Part shown: piece after piece, positions 1-11,560 of the stretch
Numbering within the stretch: the stretch's first letter is position 1
How the letters are laid out: each line of letters opens with the position of its first letter
DNA from: a virus
Taxonomy: Duplodnaviria; Caudoviricetes
Reading direction: 5' to 3' (one strand)
IMG/VR virus record: IMGVR_UViG_3300025608_000006
Length of the DNA stretch: 64,000 bases
Made by a program: the position numbers and the translations under genes
The notes under the pieces: model-generated
What the model saw: only the letters and a program-made list of their open reading frames with translations
Told to the model about the DNA's origin: nothing
Databases searched by the model: none

Positions 1-3000
1 TCAAGATTATATAGTCTAAATTCTGTTGTGTCGCCGATTGTCGAAGTATCACTAAATGTTTTTCCTACTCTAGCTACCCATTTATTACTAAGAATATTTC
101 GTTCAACTCCATCCTGTCCGTCAAAACCAGACGGATCACCCCTGTATGATAGTTGTTCAATATAACTTGCACGATTTTTTTCAGTTACAAATGTTCCAAT
201 AGTACCAACGGTGTTTTGGATATTATAGTATGGATTTAATTCGCGTGATGATCCTTGTAGCTTAACATCTGCATATACTAGACCCCTGCCTGTATCATAA
301 TAGACACCGTTATTGGAGTAAGAAAAACTTGTATTAATAAACCAAAATCCGCCGACTGCATCTGTTGTACTATACGTATCTTCTTCTGTATAAAAGCCTA
401 CGAAATCCAGTTCATTAATGAACAATTCTCCTGTAACATCAAATACACCATTTGTATCTTTAACATAAATTACAGCACTGTCTCGACGAGTTCCAACATA
501 TGCAACTTCTGCACTTCCTGTGTCTGTTGTTACAATAGATCCTACTAGGGGTAAAGATATAAATGTTTCGACAAAGAATACGTGATCAATTTTTTCAACA
601 ATTACATGGTCTTGGGACAAATAATCTGCAAATACGTTTTGAGGCGTATCTAATAACCCATCAAAAGGAATATAGTTGTCTAATGTAGGATAAGTGTAAC
701 TACGTCTATTCCAAAAAAGATTAATTGTATCTCCAGCTGAAGTGCCAAGATACATATCTTTAGGAGCACGAACTAGCAAGTGGTTAACAGTGTTGTTTTC
801 TAGCCCAGGATCGCCGGCAACTAGTAGATTTAACGTTGTACTATCTGCATCAGCAGAACTTGCAATATTTACATAAGTGTCAAATGTACTAAAAGGCTGA
901 CTAGCAATTTCTGGTAGTACTTCTCTATTAACTTTCCATAAGCTCTCTCTATAACGTACAATGTCGTTTTTAATATAAGTTGCGTCTGGCTGGAAGTCGA
1001 ACGTACTTTCATTAGTTACTGCATCAGTTTTATATGCTAATCGAGTATTAACATCACTAGCTTGCGGAATTCCTACAACCAAGTATTCTCCGTCAGGTGA
1101 TACAGCAATACTTTTTCCAAAGTCGCTATCATTTCGAGTGAATAAATCATCATTATCTATAACAATTTCTTGATCTAACAATAAGTTTGACTGCTCACGT
1201 GTTCTTCTATAAACAGACACTTTGCCGTTAGCGTCGTTTGGTGCGGATACAAAAACATTGTTATTGTTTTTTGTTATTGCAACACTATCACTAAACCCTT
1301 GATCTGTACTGTCGTACTCTGATGGATTTACTATTGCTTGCGAATTTAAATAAACTGAATTATTTTCTAATACAGCCCATTCGGTTTTATACGTATCTAC
1401 CCACAGTCTTTGTTTATTATATAAATCCTGATTTATTGCGTTGTTGATTTCTGATAAATCATCAACTCGGATAGTTCTAAGTGTCGATGCCGTAAACTTT
1501 TCATCTTCAAAATTTGAGATGTCATTGTCTAATGGAACTCTTATACGGACTGTATTTAAATTAATACTATCGATTTCATATAACCCATTTACTGAATACT
1601 GAGCTGCTCCACGAATTCCAAGATAATCGTTAACAGAAAATAATTCATTTGCCCATTTGTCTAATGTTAATTCTACTAATCGCAAACCGTTTTCTGCTAT
1701 TTCAGTTATATCAGAATCTAAACTTAGCACATTTACATTTGGATTAATTAATTGCATAACTGTCCAATTTTTATTGTCTGTATCAGTTATCCAAATTGTA
1801 TCACCTAAGCTGATTTGATTAGTGTCAACTGCTGCTAGATCAGTCAAACTTCCTACAATAAAATCAACATCGTTTTCGTTTGTATACCCAGATGTTCTAA
1901 TATATTCACTGGCTATGGTTTTAGTAGGTAACGGTGCGTGATCATAATCTGCAGGTTTGTCAAATACTTCGTTTGGTAAAATTCTGTAGATCTTATCAAA
2001 GTTAGTTGCAGGCAATGTGCTTACAAGCTCAACTGCTTGAGGTGACTCTTGCATTTTGTCTTGTTGTAAGTTGTACTCAACCTGCTGCACATCATCAACT
2101 GCGCCATAACGTCCAACTTGAATTGCCCATTCTTCATAAAACTCTAAGTTATCAGCAGTATTGCCAAGTGCATCAAACAATTTAGTAAACACATTCATTG
2201 TGCCTTTGTCTGCAATTGCACCTCTGTAGAATTTAAACTGGCTTACATCATCATTAATAATGTTAGAAAGGTACTGACGCTTTTGATAGCCTATCAAGTT
2301 TTGTGCAGCACGTTGCTGGTCAATATCAAAGCTGTCTGAATCTAAATCATAGAAATCTGTAAATTGTGTAACTCTATAATCAAAGTTAGTCATTAATTGT
2401 GATTCAGGCTTTTCACTAAGTCTATACCACAGATTATTATTAAATGTTTGTGAACCAGATACATTAGAAGTTGCTACATAATAATATTGTTTGTATTTTA
2501 CAATATCTCCAATAATATAATCTTTCCATTGTGTCCAGTCTGTAAATTTTGCATCGTCATACACAAACCCAGGAATGTTAAGGCCGCCGTTCCAGTTGTC
2601 TGATCTATATCCGTTAACACGTATTCTATCTTGTCTATATCCAGTTGCTGGATTATATATTGTATCGTTAAAATCAGTTGTGTTGTCTATTAGTACAACA
2701 TGCTCTTTTTGTACCAAAGGTAACGATACATGATATAGTCCTTCTTCGGTTCCGACTGTTTCTATTCCAAAACTGTTTTGATCTCGTAGTACACTATTAA
2801 ATTCTGAATCTAAAAATAATCCATCGGCTTTAAAAATATTATATCCGTAGAAATCATCTTTAATGTTGTCTACAATGTAATAATCTTTGTTAAATTCTAT
2901 TAAATTTGAAGCAGGACTTAACGAAATAAGAGATTTTTCTGCCCATCCTTGTGTTGTCCAGAATAAAAACTCTTTTGCACTTTGGCTCCAGTTTTCAACT

Positions 3001-6000
3001 GTATTGGACCCATCAATTACATTTTCAAACCTAAATCCAATTTCTTGTTGTCTTAAACTATAACCTAATAAAAAGTCAACTACTTCTTGGGCTGAATTAA
3101 GTTTACTTCCGTATTGCAATCGGTCAAGTTTTGTAGTTTTAAAGTTTTTCTTAAATTCTGCTGTTCTGCCACCTGTTAAAGGAAGTTGTGGCAACTTAAT
3201 AATATTGTTAGTATCAAATGTGTTGCTGCTAGTAAAAGAGTCAATAACTCGATAATAAGAATTATTATGTAGTATTACTTCTCCACTTATAAAAGAAGTA
3301 TTAGGATTCCAAGAAACAGTTTTCTCTGATATTCCGCCTACAGTTACAACTGATTTTGACGATCCTTGTTGCGGACTGTAATACTCAAAGTAAGGCTTTT
3401 CTAAATTGTAACCTCGTAACACATATCCTATTTCAGCTCTTTCTACAATTACCCCACTATAAATTGCCAACTCAGAAGGGCTGCTGGTATTTAAAAATAC
3501 TTGATAATTTTCTTGAGGTACAAATATACCGTCTTGTGTAAGATTTTGTGTCGGAGATCTGCTATCTAATATTAAATTAAATTTTTCTTTGCTAGTAAAT
3601 CCTGCAATTTTAATTCCAATCTGATTGGTTATTGAAGCAAGGTCATCTGCATAATCTTGATACACTGTAAGTATATCACTAGCTACTAAGTTATAGATAT
3701 AATTTACCAAACCAGAAGTCATAGTTCTAGTTTCTGATTGAATAGTGTTCGGTAGTTTTAAATCTTTAATAACAATCGGCTTGTTTGTTTCAATGTCTGT
3801 CCATTGATTTGTTAAATTTTTAGAAATTCTAGAAATATCAAACCCTAAACTCATTGTTTTTGCAGGTTTATTTAATAATAGTGCTGCTAGTACAGAAAAC
3901 GGATATTCAGCGCTTCGACGCCACGCATTTTCAACAGGTGAATAATCGCCAAATTTAAAGTTATTGGTTGCATTTCTTATGTTAAAGTTTTCAGCAATGC
4001 CGATATCTAATGGCGATAATAGTTTACCATTACTATTAACAGGAATAAAACTAGTTAACCCGGGACGAGAATACTTTAGATCAATACGTGTATTTTTAGG
4101 GTCTGAAATACGACCTTCTTCTAGATCCTTCCATAAAACTAAATTATCTCCTGTATAAGGAGCAGGCCCGTATACTTCATTCCACCAATCAGGCTTAGAT
4201 GTTAATCCTAGCATTTCCCAAGGGTGACTGTGAGGCCTATCAGTATCAAATAATCTTACAAAAACGCCCCGCCAAAAACCTGGATTGGCATTGTTGTTGG
4301 GTGACGACGTAGATGAATAATTAAAAGTCCAATTATTATTTCTATTATAAAAAGTATTTTCAGTATAAGTTTGATTATTTAGGTTATTTTGTAACCACTT
4401 ATGAAATTCACTTAATAGTGTGTTATCAATTTCTGTTTTTGTAAATTCATTGGTTCTAAAATCGCCGCCAATAAACTCGTTAATGTCTAATCTATCAGTT
4501 GAATATTCTGCTTTAATGTTATTGAATATTCTTTTTTCAAACTCTAATAATAATTCATCTCTAAAGTCTTTATATGCTCTAATATAACTGCCATCGTGAC
4601 CTCTAATAAATGCAACTCCAATTGGGTACTCGGTAATTTCAATATTATCGTTTCCAGCAATAGTTGCATCTAATGTAGGTATATAAAATAGCTTGTTCAT
4701 TCCTACAAAGGAATAAGATTTAGACAAGTTAGCCAAACCTGCTGCACTTTTAGTTGTATAAACAGGGTAAAACCACCCTCTTTTTCCAGTTGACTCGTCT
4801 TCTCCGTAAATTTTGAAAGGACCAGAAGAAACTGGTTCTTCTGCAAGTACAGTATCGTCAATTGTTAACTCGGGATAATACTTTGGGTATAGACCTAATT
4901 TTGTGGGAGTCGGAGGAATAAAACTACCGTCAGAATTTTCATATTCGAATATTTCAATTAAGTCATTTTCAGTTTGGCCTGCATCGATTGAAATATAACC
5001 AGGTATATCAAAATTATAATCTTTATTGTAAGTTAGCTGGACATTGTTTAAGTAAACTATTACACTTTTAACACTCAATTTACTTAAATTAAAATTAGTA
5101 CTTAACGGGTAATCTGTTACTCTAGAATCTAAAACAGTGTATTCAATCTTGTTAGATGATCCAAAAGGAATCATATCAGAAAAGTAAAATGGTTGAGATT
5201 TTAGTTTTCCTGCATTAATTTCTTTTAAAATTTTGTCAACGTGCTCTTTAGTAAGACCATCAAATCCTAGTGTTGTTGCAACATCAATAAACGTCTTTTT
5301 AAATCTTGAATATTCTTTTTTAGAATACTGCAAAGCTTTAATAATATTATAATTTTTATTAGTTATATGATACAGCGGCAAATTGATCGGACCACTATGT
5401 TTGACAAACCTCTTACCGTAACGATCTAAATCTCCTAAATCACGGAGGTTACTAGATCCTAAATATGTGCCTGTATATCCGGGCACATCTTCTAGCATAC
5501 TATCAACATGATCGATTACTTCGCCTAAAGTAAATTGATTAACGTCATCATTTAATGGATTGCGTTCTAAATTATAAGGAAATTCATAATATCCATTATT
5601 ATTTTTAATACTGTTTGAAGTTGTTTTAATTTTAATAATATCGTCGGCTATCAAATCTTTTACAAACTTAATAATTGCATTTGAAGAAGATTTATCAATT
5701 ATATAATCATCATCAAGTAATTGTAACTTATGATTAACGTAAACAACAGTTTTTAAATCACTAATACTGCTTGAATTTTCATAGACGTCGATTTCAAAAT
5801 CGTTAGTCTGCACAGTAGTAGCAGCATATTCTCTTATAACTTTTTGTTTGCTAATAGTTGGAGTTCGACTAAAGCCATTTTCATAAGTAAAATTAGTAAG
5901 AGAAGTATATTTTTTCAAATATCCGCTGTCTATTTTTTGAGTTAATAGTTCAGTATCTGTTTGATATGTAAAAGTATCGTTTAATAAATTAAAATCAAAC

Positions 6001-8009
6001 GTAATATCGCCTGAATTATCAATTGACTTATAACTTAAAGGAAATCCTAATTCAGTATCATCGATGCCATCGCCTTGTGCATATGAAAACAGCTTAGTGC
6101 CTTTAAACGTCGACGACCCGTAGTATGTTTCGTCATTGAAACTATTACCATTTACATCACATACATCAAACATAGGCGACTGGTTAGTTTCTGTTTTTTC
6201 TTGAGCAGCAAGCCATTGACCTTTATGATAATGATAACTTTTGCCTGCGTTTTTTACACCTTGTGTAACTAATACAGTTTCAAGATCAATTGGCATAGTA
6301 TCTTCAGTTTCAATTAAACTAATTTGTCTATTATTTCCAATATTAATAAATTTAACTTGATAAATTTTTCCGTTTACTAAAATATCTGTATCTGCTGTAA
6401 ACAAAATGCGCATATTTTCTGCTAGATTAATGCCATCGATATTATAACCAATTTTTCCTTCGATAGTAGAAAATACATCAGTTGTAAACGTATCAATTAA
6501 GTCAATGTCTTTTTTAGCAATTGCACCAAAATTCTCTAGTTTTAATCCTGCTTCAAATTCGATGATAGGACGTTTAGCACGAGCCAATTCGTCAACATTT
6601 CTAGGCAAATTATTAAATTCAAAACTTTTTAAAATTACATCTTTATGATGCCATCTATTGTAACGACTCCATGCATTTCTATCAGGCGTTGCACGGTTGA
6701 TAACAACATAGTCTTTTTCAGTAGCATAAGAGCTAGCATCAGAAAACGGTAATGTATCAAAGTTATCAGAGTCAAACGCTATCTGTTTGTTATCACTGTA
6801 TGCTGCTGGAATTATTAAATCTAAGTCTCGTATTAACTTAATTTTGTCGCCGACGCCTTCAACATACCAATCACTATTTGCATAAATTTCCGGAGTTACA
6901 TCGCCTTGAAACTTAATTTTCATACCGTTAGACAGGCTAACATTATTAGAACTTGTATATGTCTTTTTACCTAAAATTTCTTCTTCAACATTTAAGAATG
7001 TGTTTTCTTCAACATCGTAAATTCTAATTTGGCCACTAGTATCAACTGCATTTTTACTAATGTAATACAATTTGTCAGGAGCATTGACTGGTATTGTGAA
7101 TTCTATAGTACCTTTTTCAATATAAGCAATAGCAACTTCTTCGCCTTCTTCACCTAATTTACGTATGCCATCAGGATAAAGTGTAGATACGTTTTCGTCA
7201 TCTTCAAATGTTACGCTACCTCCACTAGGAAGTATAATAAAATCTCCTTGGTCGTATTCATTACCATATAGTGATGCACCAAATAGACCGTCGCCTCGCA
7301 ACCCTTCTGTGCCTGCTGTTAATATAGCAGTGCCAGGTGTAAATGTTCTACTAATTGCAATAGCCATTGGATGTCCGGGAGCATCAATTTCAAAACGGTA
7401 TGTTTGTCCTCGATATAGTTTTAAATTAGGATTTCGTGTTAGTCCATCATTAAACACATAAGAAATATTATCGCCCTGATCTTCAGTAGTAACTGTGTAC
7501 GTACTTACTATTTCTCTGCTTTGACCTTGTACAGAAATACTAATTGGGCCGTTTGGTAGCCAATAATATTCACGGAAGTTTACAAATTTATCCCAATCAA
7601 TATTTGGGTTCCATGCATATGTTTCTTGACTGTTTAAACGACTGTGATTTTCTACATTAGCTCCGAATACATTCAGTTGCCCAATATAATCGTTGTAATC
7701 TTTATAAAAAGTTACATTGTCATATAAATCTTTAATAACTGTTGCAGGTTCTAATTGATAGTTAGTTCTATTATTGGTGACATCATCAACGTAATTGTCC
7801 GCAGCCTTAAATGACTTAGCAGTTTTCCTACCGTAATACCCGTTAATTTTTTCGGCAACGCCTGGTTGTATTAATTGATCTAATGTGCCTTGTAAAAACT
7901 TTTTGTTAGCTTGTGTTCTAAAAAACTTAGGTAAAAAATCACTTGCCGTGATTTTATTATTTTGTCCTGGAACTGGAAGTGCGCTTTCGTTTTGATCATT
8001 TTTAGCCAT
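1..8009 (-). CDS. Giant baseplate/virion structural protein (gp7-like position), >2660 aa, truncated by the window edge
   Basis: ATG at 8009-8007 overlaps the gp6 stop (TAATG). It translates as MAKNDQNESALPVPGQNNKITASDFLPKFFRTQANKKFLQGTLDQLIQPG..., and the same frame is open where spot-checked (~3960, ~1100, 3-60). Its absence from the ORF track implies no stop before position 1. FG-GAP/propeller-like motif DFGKSIAVSPDGEYLVVGIP at ~1070-1130. Confidence 0.85.
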   Translation of the reverse strand, partial: MAKNDQNESALPVPGQNNKITASDFLPKFFRTQANKKFLQGTLDQLIQPGVAEKINGYYGRKTAKSFKAADNYVDDVTNNRTNYQLEPATVIKDLYDNVTFYKDYNDYIGQLNVFGANVENHSRLNSQETYAWNPNIDWDKFVNFREYYWLPNGPISISVQGQSREIVSTYTVTTEDQGDNISYVFNDGLTRNPNLKLYRGQTYRFEIDAPGHPMAIAISRTFTPGTAILTAGTEGLRGDGLFGASLYGNEYDQGDFIILPSGGSVTFEDDENVSTLYPDGIRKLGEEGEEVAIAYIEKGTIEFTIPVNAPDKLYYISKNAVDTSGQIRIYDVEENTFLNVEEEILGKKTYTSSNNVSLSNGMKIKFQGDVTPEIYANSDWYVEGVGDKIKLIRDLDLIIPAAYSDNKQIAFDSDNFDTLPFSDASSYATEKDYVVINRATPDRNAWSRYNRWHHKDVILKSFEFNNLPRNVDELARAKRPIIEFEAGLKLENFGAIAKKDIDLIDTFTTDVFSTIEGKIGYNIDGINLAENMRILFTADTDILVNGKIYQVKFINIGNNRQISLIETEDTMPIDLETVLVTQGVKNAGKSYHYHKGQWLAAQEKTETNQSPMFDVCDVNGNSFNDETYYGSSTFKGTKLFSYAQGDGIDDTELGFPLSYKSIDNSGDITFDFNLLNDTFTYQTDTELLTQKIDSGYLKKYTSLTNFTYENGFSRTPTISKQKVIREYAATTVQTNDFEIDVYENSSSISDLKTVVYVNHKLQLLDDDYIIDKSSSNAIIKFVKDLIADDIIKIKTTSNSIKNNNGYYEFPYNLERNPLNDDVNQFTLGEVIDHVDSMLEDVPGYTGTYLGSSNLRDLGDLDRYGKRFVKHSGPINLPLYHITNKNYNIIKALQYSKKEYSRFKKTFIDVATTLGFDGLTKEHVDKILKEINAGKLKSQPFYFSDMIPFGSSNKIEYTVLDSRVTDYPLSTNFNLSKLSVKSVIVYLNNVQLTYNKDYNFDIPGYISIDAGQTENDLIEIFEYENSDGSFIPPTPTKLGLYPKYYPELTIDDTVLAEEPVSSGPFKIYGEDESTGKRGWFYPVYTTKSAAGLANLSKSYSFVGMNKLFYIPTLDATIAGNDNIEITEYPIGVAFIRGHDGSYIRAYKDFRDELLLEFEKRIFNNIKAEYSTDRLDINEFIGGDFRTNEFTKTEIDNTLLSEFHKWLQNNLNNQTYTENTFYNRNNNWTFNYSSTSSPNNNANPGFWRGVFVRLFDTDRPHSHPWEMLGLTSKPDWWNEVYGPAPYTGDNLVLWKDLEEGRISDPKNTRIDLKYSRPGLTSFIPVNSNGKLLSPLDIGIAENFNIRNATNNFKFGDYSPVENAWRRSAEYPFSVLAALLLNKPAKTMSLGFDISRISKNLTNQWTDIETNKPIVIKDLKLPNTIQSETRTMTSGLVNYIYNLVASDILTVYQDYADDLASITNQIGIKIAGFTSKEKFNLILDSRSPTQNLTQDGIFVPQENYQVFLNTSSPSELAIYSGVIVERAEIGYVLRGYNLEKPYFEYYSPQQGSSKSVVTVGGISEKTVSWNPNTSFISGEVILHNNSYYRVIDSFTSSNTFDTNNIIKLPQLPLTGGRTAEFKKNFKTTKLDRLQYGSKLNSAQEVVDFLLGYSLRQQEIGFRFENVIDGSNTVENWSQSAKEFLFWTTQGWAEKSLISLSPASNLIEFNKDYYIVDNIKDDFYGYNIFKADGLFLDSEFNSVLRDQNSFGIETVGTEEGLYHVSLPLVQKEHVVLIDNTTDFNDTIYNPATGYRQDRIRVNGYRSDNWNGGLNIPGFVYDDAKFTDWTQWKDYIIGDIVKYKQYYYVATSNVSGSQTFNNNLWYRLSEKPESQLMTNFDYRVTQFTDFYDLDSDSFDIDQQRAAQNLIGYQKRQYLSNIINDDVSQFKFYRGAIADKGTMNVFTKLFDALGNTADNLEFYEEWAIQVGRYGAVDDVQQVEYNLQQDKMQESPQAVELVSTLPATNFDKIYRILPNEVFDKPADYDHAPLPTKTIASEYIRTSGYTNENDVDFIVGSLTDLAAVDTNQISLGDTIWITDTDNKNWTVMQLINPNVNVLSLDSDITEIAENGLRLVELTLDKWANELFSVNDYLGIRGAAQYSVNGLYEIDSINLNTVRIRVPLDNDISNFEDEKFTASTLRTIRVDDLSEINNAINQDLYNKQRLWVDTYKTEWAVLENNSVYLNSQAIVNPSEYDSTDQGFSDSVAITKNNNNVFVSAPNDANGKVSVYRRTREQSNLLLDQEIVIDNDDLFTRNDSDFGKSIAVSPDGEYLVVGIPQASDVNTRLAYKTDAVTNESTFDFQPDATYIKNDIVRYRESLWKVNREVLPEIASQPFSTFDTYVNIASSADADSTTLNLLVAGDPGLENNTVNHLLVRAPKDMYLGTSAGDTINLFWNRRSYTYPTLDNYIPFDGLLDTPQNVFADYLSQDHVIVEKIDHVFFVETFISLPLVGSIVTTDTGSAEVAYVGTRRDSAVIYVKDTNGVFDVTGELFINELDFVGFYTEEDTYSTTDAVGGFWFINTSFSYSNNGVYYDTGRGLVYADVKLQGSSRELNPYYNIQNTVGTIGTFVTEKNRASYIEQLSYRGDPSGFDGQDGVERNILSNKWVARVGKTFSDTSTIGDTTEFRLYNL

Positions 8010-11000
8010 TAGTAACTATAGCCTCCGCCTGTTGTATTTGTGTTGGTATTAGTTGCTTTTGACATTTCACTTGTTATTCCTGCTGTTGTACTGGAAGCAA
8101 CACTATTAATTATTGTGCCACTGGCTTGTAAATTTGTAGCTGTTAATTGGTCTATTGTTTCAATATCCGTTACTTTTGCTGCACTTGCAAACACTTCATC
8201 TGGTTCACTTTTTATTTCAAACAAACTACCAAAACTTTGTGTAGTCTGTCTAGGAACTATTAGTATACTTACCAGTTTTGGAGATAGCTCGTTCATAATA
8301 TAGGCACTAAGTTCTTGAAAGTAAAATGTCTCGCCAAAATCCCAATTTTCAATATCAAAAAACTTATTAATTGACTCAATAATTTCTGATTTAAGTTCAT
8401 TATCGTTGACAACTAAATTAGGATTTTTAACAATTTTAAATTTAACCTGCAAGTCTGGAGAAGCTTTATCTCCAAATAAAATTTTGTATTTTGCTGGATG
8501 ATAAATTATTTCATCACTAATTGATTTAATTTTATTAATTTCGCCGCCATAACTTCTAAACAATTCATCATTACTAGGAGGCTTAGGTTTAGAAGTTATT
8601 ATACCCGAGATATACTGTTTAACTTGTGTATCATAAGTTTTTGAAAGTATGTAAGTATCAATAATATTACTTGCACTTGGATCAATTCTATAACCGCTAT
8701 CTGCAACATGAATGTAGTGGAATTTTAGACCTGCTCTGCCAAAGTATGCTTTATAATCAGTATTAAGAACTGTATTGTTTAATTCCTTGTTTAGCTTTCT
8801 AAATACACCTTCATCAATAAGATAAAAAATTTGTCCTTCTAGTCTGCTACTGTAAGGAGCAATTGCTGATTCGTTTTGCACTACAATAATTTCAGAATTT
8901 GCATTTGCAAAATATTTAAAATCTTCTACACCATCAGTAGTTGTATATTTTTTTTGAAATACTATCTTATCTGCTGTAGAAATTTCTGTATTTTCCTCAC
9001 CTACAATTTGTTCAAAAATATCAGGATCATCAATTACGCCGTCATCATCCAAATCAATAAATTGAACTTGTATCTTACGGCTATCTAAGTATCCTTCGGC
9101 ATCTCTATATGCATCAGTAATTGTCCAGTTAAAATCTCTGGTAAACGGTGTTATTTCTCCAGGTTTTCTATTAATATTTAAAATATCGATTTTATCTCTT
9201 ACTATTTGACCTGTGCTAGGATCGTAAATCTTATCAGCTGCGTCAAAGAAGAATCTAATTTCATCAGCACTTTCCATTACGTATCGTAAATTACGATGTG
9301 TAATAGTATATTTTTCGCCATCTGTTTTAAAGTACAACATCCAGCTTGCATCGAGGTTTTCGCCAGTAATGTCGCCTGCTTTACCTGTAGCAAATTTACT
9401 AAGAGTATTAATATCTTCTGCTAGTACAATCTTCCACTGTCTATCATATTGATCATAACGCAAAGCAAAATCTTTATATTCGAATACTTGATCAATTAAT
9501 TGTGTTTTGATATCGTTAATTAGTGTTCGAGAAAAATTAGGAATAATTTGTTCCAATAGTGCGCCAGTTGGAATAATATCATTTAATACTATCGGAGCAA
9601 TGCCATCTTCGTCTAGTTCTGTGCCGTTTCCTGATACAGAAATTACTTTAACCCATTTATAATCAACTTTGCCTAAATGGTCTCCAACTTCGGAATCGTT
9701 CATTAATGTGCCATCGGGCATAAAGTGTTTTCCTTCAGGTGCAACAAATTTTAGCATGGCGCCTGATTCCAATAGTCGCAAACTGTTAGCAGTGAAAGAC
9801 CCCACTGTGTAAGGGTTTTCGTCTATATCACGAAATAATCCATTGGTCTGATTTGTGCTTACACTTGATTGTAACCACGATGCTGTAAGATCACTAACAA
9901 TAATTTTAGGGTATTTTGCAAGATAAAAATTTTGAGAATTAACATTGCCTAAAATTCCTTCGATTGTGTTATATATAACTCCCTCGATATCTGTTTGTGT
10001 TGAAAATGTAAATGACTGTTTTTCTATAAATTCTTCTTTGTAAATTACACCATCATCTGAAAACAAACTTGTATTAGAATATTTGCCGCTGGCATCTTTT
10101 AGATCAAAAAATCGACTAATTCCGCTACTGATTCTATTTGAACTTTTGGTTTTAATAATATCTTGGCTGATTGCAAGAGGTCCAATATTATAATCTTCAC
10201 CTGTAATCAAACGGTTTTGTGTGTAATACGTAGTAGGTGCATTTTGTTTAATTTCTGTATTAGTTTCTGATGCAGTGCCATTATTAATGGTATAATTTAA
10301 TTTAAGCCCAACAGTAAGAGTATGCAACGAACCGTTTCTTGACTGGTAAGGTATGTCTATTGTTAACGTGTTGATAGCACCCGGGGTTATTACACTTCGT
10401 AAGTTATTACTAGTTCTATAATAAGATCTAAAATTACCAGTTGGCAGATTTCCAAAAACGCCGTCACTGAATACTAAATTAATTCTGTCGCCGATGCGAG
10501 TGGTTACAGCAAACACATCTCTAGTCTGATTAAACAAACTATTATAGATAACGTTATTGCCTTCAGTTGAGTCAATTTTCGTCCATTGATTGCTTTCTAT
10601 TCCAGCACTGTTTACTGCAAATAACCAGACGTCCGAATCGTTAATATTTTCTACATCAATTTGTACAGCTTGGTTAGGAGTAGGATTACTTACTGAAAAA
10701 TTTCCTGTCTCAAGCTTGCCTTGACGGAAATGCATAAAGAACCCTGTATTATTACTTCCTGCTCCTTGGCCGTCATCTCGGAAAAGAAATGCAGGACTAT
10801 TACCAGGAAGCGGAGCTTCTTCTAAAATAGAATCTTCTGATATGTCAGTACTTACAATTTCAAATCGAGTACTTACACCTTCGATTCGTTTAGTAAACGG
10901 GTATATTGCCTGTCCTGTATTTGTAGCGTTGAATCGATATTTTTGTGTCTGAACATCTGCAATTAATGATGTCTTTAAAGGATTGCCAATTGAGTTAGAC

Positions 11001-11497
11001 AGCGGCAATGCTGAATTCATAATTTTGACAAACTGCTCAAAGTAGTTTGAGTTAGTTTGATCATTCCATTTGATCGTAATACCTGATAAGTTTAGACCGT
11101 TTGAATCTAAAATATTTTCAGTTGTTTTAATTGTGTCAAATTTTAGTAAACCGTTTGCTGCTTGATTTCTGCGTGGATTGTAGGACAGCATACGTGCAAG
11201 ACGTAGTACGCTTTCTCTGCGTTCTGCTGTTTCAAGGAAGTTTTCTCTAGCATTCAAGTCAATGCGGAATGATAAGTTTTGCCCAAGGAAAGCAATCATA
11301 TCAATCAATGCAAGATATTCACTTGACTCAATGTAATCGTTAAAATCTTCTGGGTAGTTTTGACGCAGATAGTTAATCATTGTGCGTCTTAGATTATCAA
11401 AATCGTAGCTCTGGAAATCAGCGTTTCTAAAACTTTGGTAAATTCTCTTCCAGTCCTCAGCTACTAATAGCCTTGACTGCCTATCATTTGCAGACAT
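8009..11497 (-). CDS. gp6: Baseplate wedge subunit, T4 gp6-like
   Basis: N-terminal YDFDNLRRTMINYL...LIDMIAFLGQNLSF...ENFLETAERRESVLRLARMLSYNP matches the gp6/baseplate-J pattern; lies next to gp25. Confidence 0.85.
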   Translation of the reverse strand: MSANDRQSRLLVAEDWKRIYQSFRNADFQSYDFDNLRRTMINYLRQNYPEDFNDYIESSEYLALIDMIAFLGQNLSFRIDLNARENFLETAERRESVLRLARMLSYNPRRNQAANGLLKFDTIKTTENILDSNGLNLSGITIKWNDQTNSNYFEQFVKIMNSALPLSNSIGNPLKTSLIADVQTQKYRFNATNTGQAIYPFTKRIEGVSTRFEIVSTDISEDSILEEAPLPGNSPAFLFRDDGQGAGSNNTGFFMHFRQGKLETGNFSVSNPTPNQAVQIDVENINDSDVWLFAVNSAGIESNQWTKIDSTEGNNVIYNSLFNQTRDVFAVTTRIGDRINLVFSDGVFGNLPTGNFRSYYRTSNNLRSVITPGAINTLTIDIPYQSRNGSLHTLTVGLKLNYTINNGTASETNTEIKQNAPTTYYTQNRLITGEDYNIGPLAISQDIIKTKSSNRISSGISRFFDLKDASGKYSNTSLFSDDGVIYKEEFIEKQSFTFSTQTDIEGVIYNTIEGILGNVNSQNFYLAKYPKIIVSDLTASWLQSSVSTNQTNGLFRDIDENPYTVGSFTANSLRLLESGAMLKFVAPEGKHFMPDGTLMNDSEVGDHLGKVDYKWVKVISVSGNGTELDEDGIAPIVLNDIIPTGALLEQIIPNFSRTLINDIKTQLIDQVFEYKDFALRYDQYDRQWKIVLAEDINTLSKFATGKAGDITGENLDASWMLYFKTDGEKYTITHRNLRYVMESADEIRFFFDAADKIYDPSTGQIVRDKIDILNINRKPGEITPFTRDFNWTITDAYRDAEGYLDSRKIQVQFIDLDDDGVIDDPDIFEQIVGEENTEISTADKIVFQKKYTTTDGVEDFKYFANANSEIIVVQNESAIAPYSSRLEGQIFYLIDEGVFRKLNKELNNTVLNTDYKAYFGRAGLKFHYIHVADSGYRIDPSASNIIDTYILSKTYDTQVKQYISGIITSKPKPPSNDELFRSYGGEINKIKSISDEIIYHPAKYKILFGDKASPDLQVKFKIVKNPNLVVNDNELKSEIIESINKFFDIENWDFGETFYFQELSAYIMNELSPKLVSILIVPRQTTQSFGSLFEIKSEPDEVFASAAKVTDIETIDQLTATNLQASGTIINSVASSTTAGITSEMSKATNTNTNTTGGGYSY

Positions 11498-11521
11498 GTA
11501 CGTTTCCTTGTTTACTGATAA

Positions 11522-11529
11522 TATTTATC
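11522..11529 (-). promoter_or_regulatory. Late-promoter-like box GATAAATA upstream of gp6
   Basis: Resembles the T4 late consensus TATAAATA; intergenic; recurs upstream of many structural genes in this window. Confidence 0.65.
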
Positions 11530-11560
11530 TTATAAGAAAAAGTGCGTATTTAATTATTTG

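Noticed and set aside
3356-4158. Small plus-strand ORFs 3356-3541 and 3964-4158
   Set aside because: Antisense to the giant minus-strand ORF; no supporting signals.
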